Below are positions 1-12,200 of a stretch of DNA of 64,000 bases, in pieces. Below the pieces are notes generated by a model, which did no database searches, had not been told where the DNA came from, and saw only the letters and a list, made by a program, of their open reading frames with translations. The position numbers and the translations under genes are program-made. Source of the stretch: Scyliorhinus canicula (lineage: Eukaryota); NCBI RefSeq assembly GCF_902713615.1, contig NC_052172.1, positions 186,001 to 250,000 of the forward strand, written 5' to 3'. How positions within the stretch are numbered: the stretch's first letter is position 1; every line of letters begins with the position of its first letter.

Positions 1-292
1 GGCAGTTTCTAGCGGGCTGGCTTTCTGAAACTGTCCATTTATGTGCAATGGGGTGTGCGGGGTTTCATAATTCTTTCCCGCTCTCACTCTGTGCAGTTAC
101 AGGGCTGAATGCGGAGAAAGGTTTTGTGTTTAACTCTGCAGCACGTTCATATCGCCGTGAAAAGAGAAATCAATGACAGGAAACATTTCCTATTATAATG
201 CGAAATTTTGCCTCTACAATCGCGCGAAACCATCTCGATGCGTTATTCTGCTGCCATTCTTAGGTCAGTGCTCTCAATGTGAGGGTTTGGGC

Positions 293-308
293 GGCTCTTA
301 AAAGAGCC
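293..308 (-). terminator. Histone 3' stem-loop of H4
   Basis: CCCAAA GGCTCTTTTAAGAGCC GCCCA on minus strand. Confidence 0.95.
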
Positions 309-341
309 TTTGGGTTTTGTTACATTGCTAAATGGAGTTTC

Positions 342-662
<321 letters not shown>

Positions 663-1370
663 TCAGTCAAATCGCTGCTGAATGAGAGACGAGCTGCTGC
701 ACTTTCCTTTATTATACAGCCCGCCCCGACCTGACTGAGAAAGAGAGAGAGGCGGGGAGCAGACTGAGTGACAGACAGAGCAGTGAAATGTCTTTGACCA
801 TCCAGCTCCGCCTCCTGCCTGGTCCAACCCACATTTTATATTCCAAACAGAAGTTAACAGAGCGCGCTGAACACGTACAAACTGCAACATCATATAGCAG
901 CTAGTTAGTAACGCGGATCTATTAAATCCAGGCATGTCAGTAATATTCCGGCCTCAGTCCACTCCTTTCTAGAACCAGCCGACCTATCTGCTCCCATTTC
1001 AACCCCAGCTCCGATTCCATCCCCACACAACTCCTCTCCCAGACAGGTTGGGAATTTTACTAACATCCCTTACAGCTGATATAAAGTGTTTGAGTTGTGA
1101 GGCGAGATTTCTCCGCCATGTTAACTATTTTACAAACTCCCCACTGAATCTGTGAATAATGAAACTAACACAAACTGTGACTGTTCACCGGTTAGGAAGA
1201 TGCAGCAACTTCCCTGTGTTTTAGTGCAGAGTGGGGGGAGAAGCCCGGTGCAGAGCATGTCAGCGAGTGAGCGGCAATACTGGATTGACATTTCTATCTG
1301 AAATCTGCTCCCAGCACCGGGACAGGGATTCATTGGTCGGGGGATCAGCTCTTTCCGGAGAGATGTGGGT

Positions 1371-1386
1371 GGCTCTGAGAAGAGCC
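1371..1386 (-). terminator. Histone 3' stem-loop of H1 remnant
   Basis: CCCAAA GGCTCTTCTCAGAGCC ACCCA, followed by purine-rich GGAAAGAGCTG (HDE-like). Confidence 0.92.
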
Positions 1387-1422
1387 TTTGGGTTCAGAGG
1401 TTTACAATTTGCTCGCGTTCTT

Positions 1423-1716
1423 TCACTTCTTTGCTGGTTTCTTAGCCTTTGCTGATTTCGCTTTGGGATTGGCCCTCGATTTGGTCTGCTTTATTCCGCC
1501 CTTGATCTTTTTCACAGGAAAACTTTTCTTCGGGGCTGCTTTCTTCGCCCTCTTTTTGGGAGCTGCCGCCTTCTTGGCTGCTGCTTTCTTGGGAGATTTC
1601 TTGGCTGCGGGTTTCTTGGCAGTTTTCTTGGCTGCGGGTTTCTTGGGAGATTTCTTGGCTGCTGCTTTCTTCACTAAAGGTTTCTTGCCTGCTCCGGTCT
1701 TTATCACTTTCCCCCG
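1423..1716 (-). pseudogene. H1: Histone H1 C-terminal tail only (globular domain missing)
   Basis: K/A/P-rich tail with KKSPKK motifs ending AKKPAKK*, followed by histone stem-loop. Confidence 0.88.
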
Positions 1717-2362
1717 GTTGTTTAGTCCTTGCCACAACCGCCGAGGGTCTATCTGTGACTCTAGCTTAGTTTGATATTCTCTCTTGGCATCTCGGATGGC
1801 TTTGCGGAGGTCGTACCTGGATTTCTTGTATAGGACAGCGTCGTCTGCCTTGAACGCCTCAGATCTGTCCTTCAGTAGGGAGTCAATCTTGCGGTTGATC
1901 CATGGTTTCCGGTTGGGGAAAGTTCGTACTGCTTTCTTTGGCAGGCAATAGTCCACACATTTGCTGATGAAGTCTGTGACGGTGGTGACATACTCATTTA
2001 AGTTAGTCGCTGAGTTCTTAAATATGGACCAGTCTACTGTCTCCAAGCAGTCACGTCAGAGCTCTTCTGTCTCCTCAGACCAGCACTGCACAACCTTCTT
2101 AGCTGGATTCTCCCGCTTGAGTTTCTGCTTGTAAGCCGGGAGAAGGAGCACAGTCTTATGGTCTGATTTCCCAAAGTGCGGTCGGGGGATGGAACGGTAG
2201 GCGCCCTTGATTTTTGAGTAGCAGTGGTCAAGAATGTTGTCGCCCCTGGTGGGACAGGAGATGTGCTGGTGGAATTTTGGCAGTACACTCTTGAGGTTGG
2301 CTTTGTTGAAGTCTCCGTCCACAATGAACAAGGCCGCCGGCTGTTCTGTTTCATAGTTGTTG
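1717..2362 (-). mobile_element. Rex1/Babar-like LINE internal fragment (APE endonuclease C-terminus and linker)
   Basis: GDFN...TRGDNILDHCY...GKSDH motifs, then FPNRKPWIN...DPRRLWQGL; one in-frame TGA at 2056-2058. Confidence 0.8.
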
Positions 2363-2464
2363 TTCTATAAAGAGTTAATATATAGAGTCTATATAGAGTT
2401 AGTCTATAAAAGAGCAGTTGTCTGGCAATTCTCAGTTATTGTGTGTCTGCAGTTTGTTCTCACC

Positions 2465-2842
<378 letters not shown>

Positions 2843-3379
2843 AACTGTTCTCAAACTCCTCCAAAACCCAATGGCTCTTTTAATAAGCCACCCACAACTT
2901 CTTGAAAACAGCCAAACCATCATACTTTAAACTATTTAGTTTATTTCGATTATGACTAGCCAAGTCCATTCAAATACGGTTTTACAGGAACGTAACATCC
3001 TGGGTGATGTCCAGTTATAGCCCAGTGAATCTTTGTGCCTTGATAATAAGCCCCGTCATTTAGTGCCCGCTCGGTGTTCAGGATTCGAAGGTAATTCCCT
3101 TCCGATTTACGTTGAGAGCACAGTAGTGCTGTGGGGAAACTCCATTTCAATACTGACACTAGCTCCAAACAGCTCACTCCACTTTTAGCACTAGTCTACA
3201 ATATGGATCTTTATTATAATATTTTGAAGCTGGCTGCAAATTAAACATTGTCTGCGATTGATAGCATTTTAAACAGCAGCTAGATTAAACTCGATTCAAA
3301 TCCAAATTGGAAAAATCCGTGGTAACAGTTTCTGATTGGTCACTTTGTAGCCGGCTCCACAATGTTATTCAGATAATCA

Positions 3380-4170
3380 GAGTGAGTAAATACCACATTC
3401 TCACACTATTGGAGCTACAGTAAATCCCACACTCACACTGTATCAGATAGTGAGTAAATCCCACGCTCACACTGTATCAGAGAGTGAGTAAATCTCACGC
3501 GCACGCACTGCATCAGAGAGTGAGTAAATCTCACACGCACGCACTGCATCAGAGAGTGAGTAAATCTCACACTCACACACTGTATCAGAGAGTGAGTAAA
3601 TCCCACACTCACACTGTATCAGAGAGTGAGTAAATCCCACAGACACATTGTATCAGAGAGTGAGTAAATCCCACACTCACACACTGTATCAGAGAGTGAG
3701 TAAATCCCACACTCACACACTGTATCAGAGAGTGAGTAAATCCCACACTCACACACTGTATCAGATAGTGAGTAAATCCCACGCTCACACTGTATTAGAG
3801 AGTGAGTAAATCTCACGCGCACGCACTGCATCAGAGAGTGAGTAAATCCCACATTCACACACTGTATCAGAGAGTGAGTAAATCCCACACTCACACACTG
3901 TATCAGAGAGTGAGTAAATCCCACACTCACACTGTATCAGAGAGTGAGTAAATCCCACAGACACATTGTATCAGAGAGTGAGTAAATCGCACACTCTCAC
4001 ATTGTATCAGAGAGTGAGTAAATCCCACATTCACACACTGTATCAGAGAGTGAGTAAATCCCACACTCTCACACTGTATCAGAGAGTGAGTAAATCCCAC
4101 AGACACATTGTATCAGAGAGTGAGTAAATCCCACAGACACATTGTATCGGAGTGAGTAAATCTCACACAC
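3380..4170 (+). repeat. ~36-bp minisatellite (TGTATCAGAGAGTGAGTAAATCCCACACTCACACAC)n
   Basis: Directly visible tandem array. Confidence 0.95.
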
Positions 4171-4404
4171 CCACATATCACAAGACACTCCCAGTTCCTG
4201 AAGGAATCCCACACTCCCGCACAGACGCTCTGTGGCGAAGGGTCCCTCTCACCGACAGCCAGGTGACATTTCCCGGTGAATCTTTACCCACTAACAAACT
4301 GGGACTGGAGACATTCTCTCTCAAATGTATTTCTTGTTTGTAATATGATTGTAATATGAGGTTGATTATTGGTGGAAAATCCTAAATCTAATTTGTCTGT
4401 TCAC

Positions 4405-4520
4405 ATATCCAATCAAATAAACAGAACATAACTGGCTGTCCTCATTTTCACAATGTCCAATCACAATCATTCCTTTCCCCATTCCTCATTAGCATAGATG
4501 TGAGGCTCTGTCTATTTAAT
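4405..4520 (+). promoter_or_regulatory. H2B promoter: CCAAT boxes, octamer variant, TATA
   Basis: CCAAT at ~4409 and ~4457, ATTAGCAT 4488-4495, TATTTAA 4513-4519; same layout upstream of the other two H2B genes. Confidence 0.8.
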
Positions 4521-4564
4521 CAGCGCTCGGAAGGGGTTTGCTTTATTTCTGGGTGAAACTGAAG

Positions 4565-4951
4565 ATGGCTGACGAGAAGAAACCAACATCGAAAACAGCT
4601 TCCAAGAAAGGAGCCAAGAAAGTCATTAAGAAACCGGCAGGAAAGGGCGGCAAGAAGCGGCGAAAGTCGAGGAAGGAGAGTTACTCCATCTACATCTACA
4701 AAGTGATGAAGCAGGTTCACCCCGACACCGGCATCTCCTCCAAGGCCATGAGCATCATGAACTCGTTCGTCAGCGATATTTTCGAGCGTATCGCGGGTGA
4801 GGCTTCCCGCCTGGCCCATTACAACAAGCGCCACACCATCAGCTCCCGGGAGATCCAGACCGCCGTGCGCCTGCTGCTGCCCGGGGAACTGGCCAAGCAC
4901 GCCGTGTCGGAAGGGACAAAGGCGGTCACCAAGTACACCAGCTCCAAGTAA
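4565..4951 (+). CDS. H2B: Histone H2B, intact (128 aa)
   Basis: MADEKK...[21 protein letters not shown]...KYTSSK; stem-loop 4989-5004. Confidence 0.97.
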   Translation: MADEKKPTSKTASKKGAKKVIKKPAGKGGKKRRKSRKESYSIYIYKVMKQVHPDTGISSKAMSIMNSFVSDIFERIAGEASRLAHYNKRHTISSREIQTAVRLLLPGELAKHAVSEGTKAVTKYTSSK

Positions 4952-5900
4952 AACTGCACAATGGACTGAAAACCACCCTAAATACAACGGCTCTTTTAAG
5001 AGCCACCCACAACTTCTGTGAAGCAGTCAAACCATCATATTTTAAATTATGGGTTCATTTCTATGATGATTAACCAGATCCGTTTTAATAGCGTTTCACT
5101 AAAACAACATCCTGTATAATGCCAAGTTATCGTCATGTCGATCTTTGTACGTTGTTTATAAAGTTCCATCATTTAGTGATGCTCGGTGACCGCTTCATAC
5201 TCGGCCGCTGTTGCTGGATTTGGAGAGAGAACAGAACTCCAATACCTCCTGTAGCATTTGTGTTCAGCCTTACAAATTACTCCCTTTCCATTTATGTTCA
5301 TGTTCACACTCAATGATCGAGAGCACCCCGGTGGTGTGGGTAATCTCCATTTCAATAGTGACACTAGCTCCAAACTGATCACTCCACTTTTAACACCGAG
5401 AAAGCGGCAGTAATCTACAATATGAATAAATGTTACTATATTTGCAGATGGCTGTGAATTAGACACTGTCGGCGGCTGAGAGCATTTTAAACAACAGCCA
5501 GATTAAACCTGTGGCGACAGTTCCCCTTCTACAGATCCTAAACGTTTCTCGCCTCAGATGCTCCCAGACACGCTGAGTTGATCCAGCAATTTCTCTTCAA
5601 TTCACATTTGCAGCCTCCGCATTATTTTGGTTTAATTTATTTTGGGTTTGTTGTCAGTTACAGAGACAAAATCAGAAACTGACAGATAATGGGAAACTAG
5701 ACGCGGGAAATAGAGAGAATCCAACAATCTTATACTCAAATGATTTAGTCACATTTTTTATTCAATTTTATCTGTTTTATATTTTCGCACCCATTTAAGA
5801 TTTGAAATAAATATTCGGTTGGAATCTGAACATTTGCCGCCCAAACTTTCCGCCCTCAGCACCGTGGGTTCTCCTGATTGGTGCTTCAAACAGATATCTG

Positions 5901-6263
5901 GGGCAGCAGGGTAGCATAGTGGTTAGCATCAATGCTTCACAGCTCCAGGGTCCCAGGTTCGATTCCCGGCTGGGTCACTGTCTGTGTGGAGTCTGCACGT
6001 CCTCCCCCCTGTGTGCGTGGGTTTCCTACGGGTGCTCTGGTTTCGTCCCACAGTCCAAAGGTGTGCGGGTTAGGTGGATTGGCCATGCTAAATTGCCCGT
6101 AGTGTCCTAAAAAAAAAAAAAATTAGGTTAAGGGGGGGTTGTTGGGTTACGGGTACAGGTTGGATACGTGGGTTTGAGTAGGGTGATCATTGCTCGGCAC
6201 AACATCGAGGGCCGAAGGGCCTGTTCTGTGCTGTACTGTTCTATGTTCTATGTTCTTTGTTCT
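5901..6263 (+). mobile_element. tRNA-derived HE1-like SINE inserted in H2A promoter
   Basis: A/B-box-like head, (TTCTATG)n tail, TSD ATATCTG (5894-5900 / 6264-6270); empty site in paralog at ~49381-49390. Confidence 0.9.
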
Positions 6264-6415
6264 ATATCTGATTGGTCACTTTGTAGCCGGCACCACAATG
6301 TTGTTCAGATAACCAATCAGCAATGTGTGCACCGCCATTCCTCCTGAAGCTATAAGAGAAGTGAATGTGGGCGGTTTTCCTCATTCTGTGTGAAAGTGTT
6401 TGTGAGATTGTGACA

Positions 6416-6512
6416 ATGTCTGGAAGAGGAAAGACCGGCGGTAAAGTTCGGGCCAAGGCCAAGTCTCGCTCCTCCCGGGCTGGACTGCAGTTCCCGGTGG
6501 GCCGTGTTCACA
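6416..6512 (+). pseudogene. H2A: 5' fragment of histone H2A (32 codons)
   Basis: [32 protein letters not shown], then abrupt loss of homology. Confidence 0.92.
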
Positions 6513-6524
6513 ATCAGCAACATG

Positions 6525-7340
6525 ATGGGCTGCACAGTGGTCATCACTACTGCCTCACAGCGCCAGGGACCCGGGTTCACTCTGACCCTGACATTCTGTG
6601 TGTCTGTGGGTTTCCTCACACGGTAAAGATTCGCAGGTTAGGTGGATTGGCTGTGCTAAATTAACCGTTTGTGTCTAAAGGTGTGGATGATAGGTGGAGT
6701 TGCGAGGGATTGGGCCTGGGTAGGTTTGCTCTTTGAGAGAGTTGCTGTAGACTCGATGGACTGAATGGCCTCCTTCTGCACTGTAGTAATTATATGGGAA
6801 GGATCTCCGTGTTGCTAGACGTGGCACAGGTCTGGCCCATTACCCAGTCCTGTGCGCAGCAGTCACCCGAGCCATCATCAAGTTCATCTGGAGATCACAG
6901 TTCAGGTCACCACACTACCAGAAAGATGTGGTACTGCACAGACAGTGACCCAAGCCGGGAATCAAACCTGGGATCCTGGAGCTGTGAAGCAATTGTGCGA
7001 ACCACAATGCTACCGTGCTGCCCGAGAGGGGCTGGTAACTGAGTAAAGTACCTAGGCGCAGCGCCAGGGTCCCAGGCTCGATTCCCCGCTGGGTCACTGA
7101 CTGTGCAGGGTCTGCATATTCTCCCCGTGTCTGCGTGGGTTTCCTCTGGGTGCTCCGGTTTCCTGCCACAGTCTAAAGACAGGCAACGCAGCTGGATTGC
7201 TATGCTAAATTGCCCTTAGAGCTCAAAAATGTTAGGAGAGGTTATTGGGTTAAGGGGATAAGGTTGAAGTGAGAGCTTCAGGGGGTCGATGCAGACTCAG
7301 TGGGCCGAATGGCCTCCTTCTGAACTGTATGTTCTCTGTT
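6525..7340. mobile_element. Diverged HE1-like SINE copies plus short Tx1/L1 ORF2 piece (~6795-6900)
   Basis: SINE body motifs (GGTTAGGTGGATTGG, ACTCGATGG..GAATGGCCTCCTTCTG); 6795-6900 is the reverse complement of ~47040-47150. Confidence 0.65.
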
Positions 7341-7391
7341 AAAGATATTAAACAGATATTATACAGATATTAAACAGACCGGGGTGTGCGA

Positions 7392-7562
7392 TGAATGAAA
7401 ATGAAAGTCACAAGTAGGCTTCAAATGAAGTTACTGTGAAAAGCCCCGGTCACTACATTCCAGCACCTGTTTGGGGAGGCTGATACGGAATTGAACCGTG
7501 CTGTTGGCCTGCCTTGGTCTGCTTTAAAAGCCAGCTCTTTAGCCCTGTGCCGAACCAGCCGC
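7392..7562 (-). mobile_element. Second SINE family with (TTTTCA)n tail
   Basis: Same family as copies at 18371, 22615, 45427, 53830, 60274, 63588. Confidence 0.8.
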
Positions 7563-7599
7563 TGATTAATACTAAAAAGGATCTGGTAACTTTGTAAAC

Positions 7600-8065
7600 C
7601 CCCCCAAGGAGGTTCACAAGATTGATCCCTGGAATGAAGCACTTGTCATGTGAAGAACGTTTGGGAACTCTGGGTCTGTACTCGTTGGAGTTTAGAAGAA
7701 CGAGGGGGGATCTTATTGAAACTTCCAGGATACTGCGAGGTCTGAATAGAGTGGACATGGAGAGGATGTCTCCACTTGGAGGAAAAACAAGAACCAGAGG
7801 ACAACATCCATCACCTCAGACTAAAGGGGCAATCATTTAAAACAGAGATGAGGAGGAACCTCTTCAGCCAGAGGGTGGTGAATTTGTGGATGCCAAATCA
7901 CGGAGTGTTTTTAAGACCGAGATAGATAGAGTCTTGATTAATAAGGGGCTCGGGGGTTATGGGGAGAAAGCAGGAGAATGGGGATGAGAAAATATCAGCC
8001 ATGATTGGATGGCGGAGTAGACCCGATGGGCCGAGTGGCCTAATTCTGCACCTGTGCCTTATGGT
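7600..8065 (+). mobile_element. CR1 LINE 3' fragment
   Basis: EERLGTLGLYSLEFRRTRGDLIE...TRG motif. Confidence 0.85.
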
Positions 8066-8074
8066 CTGTATGAT

Positions 8075-8240
8075 GAACACTCTAGAGGGGCTGGTAACTG
8101 TGGAAAAATACCCAGTCTGTGTGATTAACACTGAAGAGGGGCTGGTAACTTGAGTAAAACCTCCCGGTCTGTATGATTAACACTAAAGAGGGGCTGGTAA
8201 CTGTGTAAAACCCCGCGGCCGATGTGATTAACACTAAATG
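8075..8240 (+). repeat. ~58-bp degenerate tandem repeat (GAGGGGCTGGTAACT core)
   Basis: Three units here; reverse-complement array at ~44670-44935 and ~45930-46030. Confidence 0.75.
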
Positions 8241-8973
8241 TTTAAAATTATTGAAGCTTCACAGGGTGGAACATGACCGATGTAAATATTTTGAGAAGAA
8301 TTGTAATGTGAATATTGAAATGTGTGTAATGTTCTCATTCTCCAATGGAAGAAATTCAAGTAAATCTGGACCTCTGGAGAAAATGTAAATATTATTGTAC
8401 GATACGATATTATTGTGATGACAATTTGAAATGTTTGACAATGTTTGTTTCAAGGGATTTTATAAATGTAGTATATTTTTGAAAATATATTGTATGCTTC
8501 TATGAAAAATGAATTCAGTCAGTGAAATATAAGTTTGCAGAAAGTGTGAGTTTGAGGGGCTGAATGGCAGTGTAATAACAAACAAGCTGCAGGCAATGGC
8601 TGCAGATTGAATATCTGATTGGGACAAACACACAGCTACAAATGTGATTGGTTGAGCCCTGGAGCGCAGGGCCACTTGCACCCACACACACACAGTCCCC
8701 CCAACACGGGCTCTATCGGAGGTTTTGCTCCAAATGTAATGACAGTGAAATGGGGAATATTCCCATTGATTCTCAATGCGGAATTGGTGCGGGGATCTGC
8801 GCATGTCCGGGGTAGCCCCACCCCTGCCGTTCGTCATTCTGCGATTGAGAGCGCATGCGCATCCCCTCCCCCACACACTCTCCTTTTGATGTGGAGATGC
8901 CGGCGTTGGACTGGGGTGAGCACAGTAAGAAGTCTTACAACACCAGGTTAAAGTCCAACAGGTTTGTTTCAAA

Positions 8974-9008
8974 CACGAGCTTTCGGAGCACGGCTCCTTC
9001 TTCAGGTG
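8974..9008 (-). ncRNA. Minimal type I hammerhead ribozyme motif in pLTR
   Basis: CAC-CTGAAGA-AGGAGCCGTGCTCC-GAAAGCTC-GTG: CUGANGA/GAAA core, stem II, palindromic AGCT stem III. Confidence 0.85.
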
Positions 9009-9825
9009 AATGGAAAGGCTTGTTCCAGAAATGTTTATATAGACACAGTCAGAGATGCCCCGGAATGCGAGCACCTGCAGGCAATCAAATCATCAAAGAT
9101 GCAGAGAGAGAGGTAACTCCAGGTTAAAGAGGTGTGAATTGTCCCAAGCCAGTTCAGTCGGTAGGCCTCTGCAAGTCCAGGCTTGTTGGTGGGGGCCGAA
9201 TGTAATGCGACATGAATCCCAGATCCCGGTTGAGTCCGCATTCATGCGTGCGGAACTTAGCTATAAGTTTTTGCTCAGCAATTTTGCGTTGTCGCGTCTC
9301 CTGAAGGCCTCCTTGTAGAATGCTGACCCGGAGATCAGAGGCTGAATGTCCTTGACTGCTGAAGTGTTCCCCAACTGGAAGGCGAGACCATGCAGACACT
9401 GCGACAACGAATAAACGGGCATTGTGCGACTATCAACAGGCAGGACTGTTCCCTTCCAGTTGGGGAACACTTCAGCAGTCAAGGACATTCAGCCTCTGAT
9501 CTCCGGGTCAGCATTCTACAAGGAGGCCTTCAGGAGACGCGACAACGCAAAATTGCTGAGCAAAAACTTATAGCTAAGTTCCGCACGCATGAATGCGGAC
9601 TCAACCGGGATCTGGGATTCATGTCGCATTACATTCGGCCCCCACCAACAAGCCTGGACTTGCAGAGGCCTACCGACTGAACTGGCTTGGGACAATTCAC
9701 ACCTCTTTAACCTGGAGTTACCTCTCTCTCTGCATCTTTGATGATTTGATTGCCTGCAGGTGCTCGCATTCCGGGGCATCTCTGACTGTGTCTATATAAA
9801 CATTCCTGGAACAAGCCTTTCCATT

Positions 9826-9860
9826 CACCTGAAGAAGGAGCCGTGCTCCGAAAGCTCGTG
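9826..9860 (+). ncRNA. Minimal type I hammerhead ribozyme motif in pLTR
   Basis: Identical motif, plus strand. Confidence 0.85.
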
Positions 9861-11329
9861 TTTGAAACAAACCTGTTGGACTTTAACCTGGTGTTGTAAG
9901 ACTTCTTACTGTACTCTCCTTTTGCTCAGTGAGTGGAGACGCTTTGTTCAAACTGAGTGAAATGTCAGGGCCCAGGTCAGCGAGGAAACAGCGTTCTCAT
10001 TGCAGCAGCTCATCCATTTGGGAGTGTGAGCAAAGAGGCTCAGAGATCATTACTGACTCGGGGGGAGTTCAGGGACAATCGGGGGCTGTTTGCAAGAGGC
10101 GCAGCGGGAGCCCCATCTTGTTCCGGGAATTGGAGTGAGCGGGGGTAAGGAAGAGCTCTTTCTGGGCCTGGCTTATTGTCTGATTCTGGGGCAGGATTTG
10201 GACAGTATTTTCTTTATTTTACTGATTATCAGTTGAAAGAATTGATTGATCTATCATTGGCCTCATCGGACCCTGATTTACAAGAGATATGTGTTCTTCC
10301 CCCTCGTTCAACAGATGAAGAGATGAGTTCCAAGATGATGATTCCTCAGCAACATGAATGTGCCGCCGTCTCCTTCTAACTGACAGTAAGTACAATATTA
10401 ATCCAACATTGCAGAGACACAGACACAACATCAGCTCCACCATCACAGAGAACAGAAGCAGTCACACTTACATTGAGCTCAACTCCCAGGTAAACATGTC
10501 CAATCCAACAGTCCTCATTATCCAATTGAAGAAATTCAAGTAAATCTGGAACTCTGGAGAAAATGTAAATATTATTTACAGATACACGAGAGGACAGGTG
10601 GGATAATTTTCCACAATTCACCCCTACTCTCTCATGGAATGTTGGATCAACTTGTTGCGACAACAGCGTTTCATCTGTTAAGTAATCAGTATAGTATTAA
10701 TTAGGCTATAGATTCAGCAATCAATGTGCAAGGATCCATTTGCACTATTTTGTAACTTTCTTCATTTAAAATATATCAGAAGCAAAGCACTTGAATAAGG
10801 CATTAACAGAAAAATGATACATTTAAATAGTTCTCAAAGGACAATTATCAGATTGTAAGGCCATCCTTTCATCTCACAAGTTGTGAACCTTTGGTACAAG
10901 TAAAAGGTTGGATAGTACAGATGATTGTAAAGTGCCAAATTAATCATAAACTTCTATCAAGACACCTCCCAAAACAAAATATTAAATTCCAATCCAAATA
11001 TTGTGCACAATCTCAGATATAACAGTGCAGTACATGGAAATAGATCATTTGACATATCAATGTCATCAGTAAAAGTAAGAATGGAAGATCAATACTGAAC
11101 AGAATGTTCACCATTAACTCACAAAACAGATATTGACAAGTGCAGAAAATACAATAAAATCACGCACTTCAGAGAGGTGAACAGATAGAGATTAAATGCA
11201 GAATCCCATAACAGAGATAGACAGCTTAGAAAGCAAGCACACAGAACAGAGGCAGAGAGTTACAGAATCAAACTGATTTTTCTCGAACTCTTGACCCATA
11301 ACAGATACAGACAGCTACAGTGGAAAACA

Positions 11330-12200
11330 CACACTCTCACACATTCAGACACCAACAACTGCACAGGAGGCAGTAAAATATGACATATATCATATACAGA
11401 CAGTGAGGGTAAAACAGACTCACACATTCTCTCTCACAGTATACAGTAAATATACATTATCTATCACAGAGAGACAGTGAGGGTAAAATATACTCACATT
11501 TTACATGCACGTGCTCACTCACAAGTACCTTAGTAGGAAGCACTGAATATGCATTTTATGTCACAGAGTATAAGGGTGACACACACACTCACTCTCACAG
11601 CAATAACTGAGTATTGAGCAGTAAATTATATGTCCTACATAGCACAGAGAAACAGTGAGGTTTATACACACTCACTCACAATCTGTCTCTCATACACCCT
11701 CTCACGGAAACCCAAGCACTGTCTCTCCCACACACACTCACAAATCAATAACTGAGCAGTAATCAATAAAATATTAATTATATATCAGAGAGAGACTGTG
11801 AGGTTAATACACACTCACTCTCTCATACACTCTCCCTCTCTCTCACACACACACTCTCCCTCCCTCTCACACACACCAGTCACTGAGCAGTAATCAATTA
11901 AATATGGTAGATATACCACAGAGATACAGTGAGGGTAAAACATGAATTCACTCTCTCACTCAATCTCTCACTCAGACAGTCACACAGCAGTAACTGAGCA
12001 GTAAGCTGTAAAATATGTGTTATACATCATAGAGAGACAAGTGAGGGTAAAGCACACACTCACGCCGTCTCTCAAACACTGTCTCACATTTTACTGAGAA
12101 GTAAGCAGTAAAATATTTGTTATATATTGCAGAGAAACAGTGAGGGTAAAATATGCGCAAACACACAGACACTCTCTCTCTCTCTCACACACTCTCTCAT
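11330..12200 (+). repeat. Degenerate CA-rich tandem repeat (ACAGTGAGGGTAAA / TAACTGAGCAGTAA cores)
   Basis: Recurrent cores about every 120-140 bp; opposite orientation at ~14400-15050 and ~42280-43720. Confidence 0.7.

Larger units (their letters stand above)
8889..9912. mobile_element. Penelope-like element: two inverted pLTRs with GIY-YIG C-terminus
   Basis: TSD ACTCTCCTTTTG (8877-8888 / 9913-9924); ETMQTLRQRINGH...VGEHFS...GLNRDLG; arms joined at GG microhomology 9381-9382. Confidence 0.93.

Noticed and set aside
3619-3930. Cys/His-periodic ORFs resembling zinc fingers (also 17238-18136)
   Set aside because: Translation of the 36-bp minisatellite; no C2H2 spacing or linker.
3380-4170. 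CRISPR-like ~36-bp repeats
   Set aside because: No unique spacers, vertebrate context, no cas genes.
4538-4564. N-terminal extensions of H2B/H2A in the ORF track
   Set aside because: Start at non-ATG codons within the short 5' UTR; true starts are the downstream ATGs.
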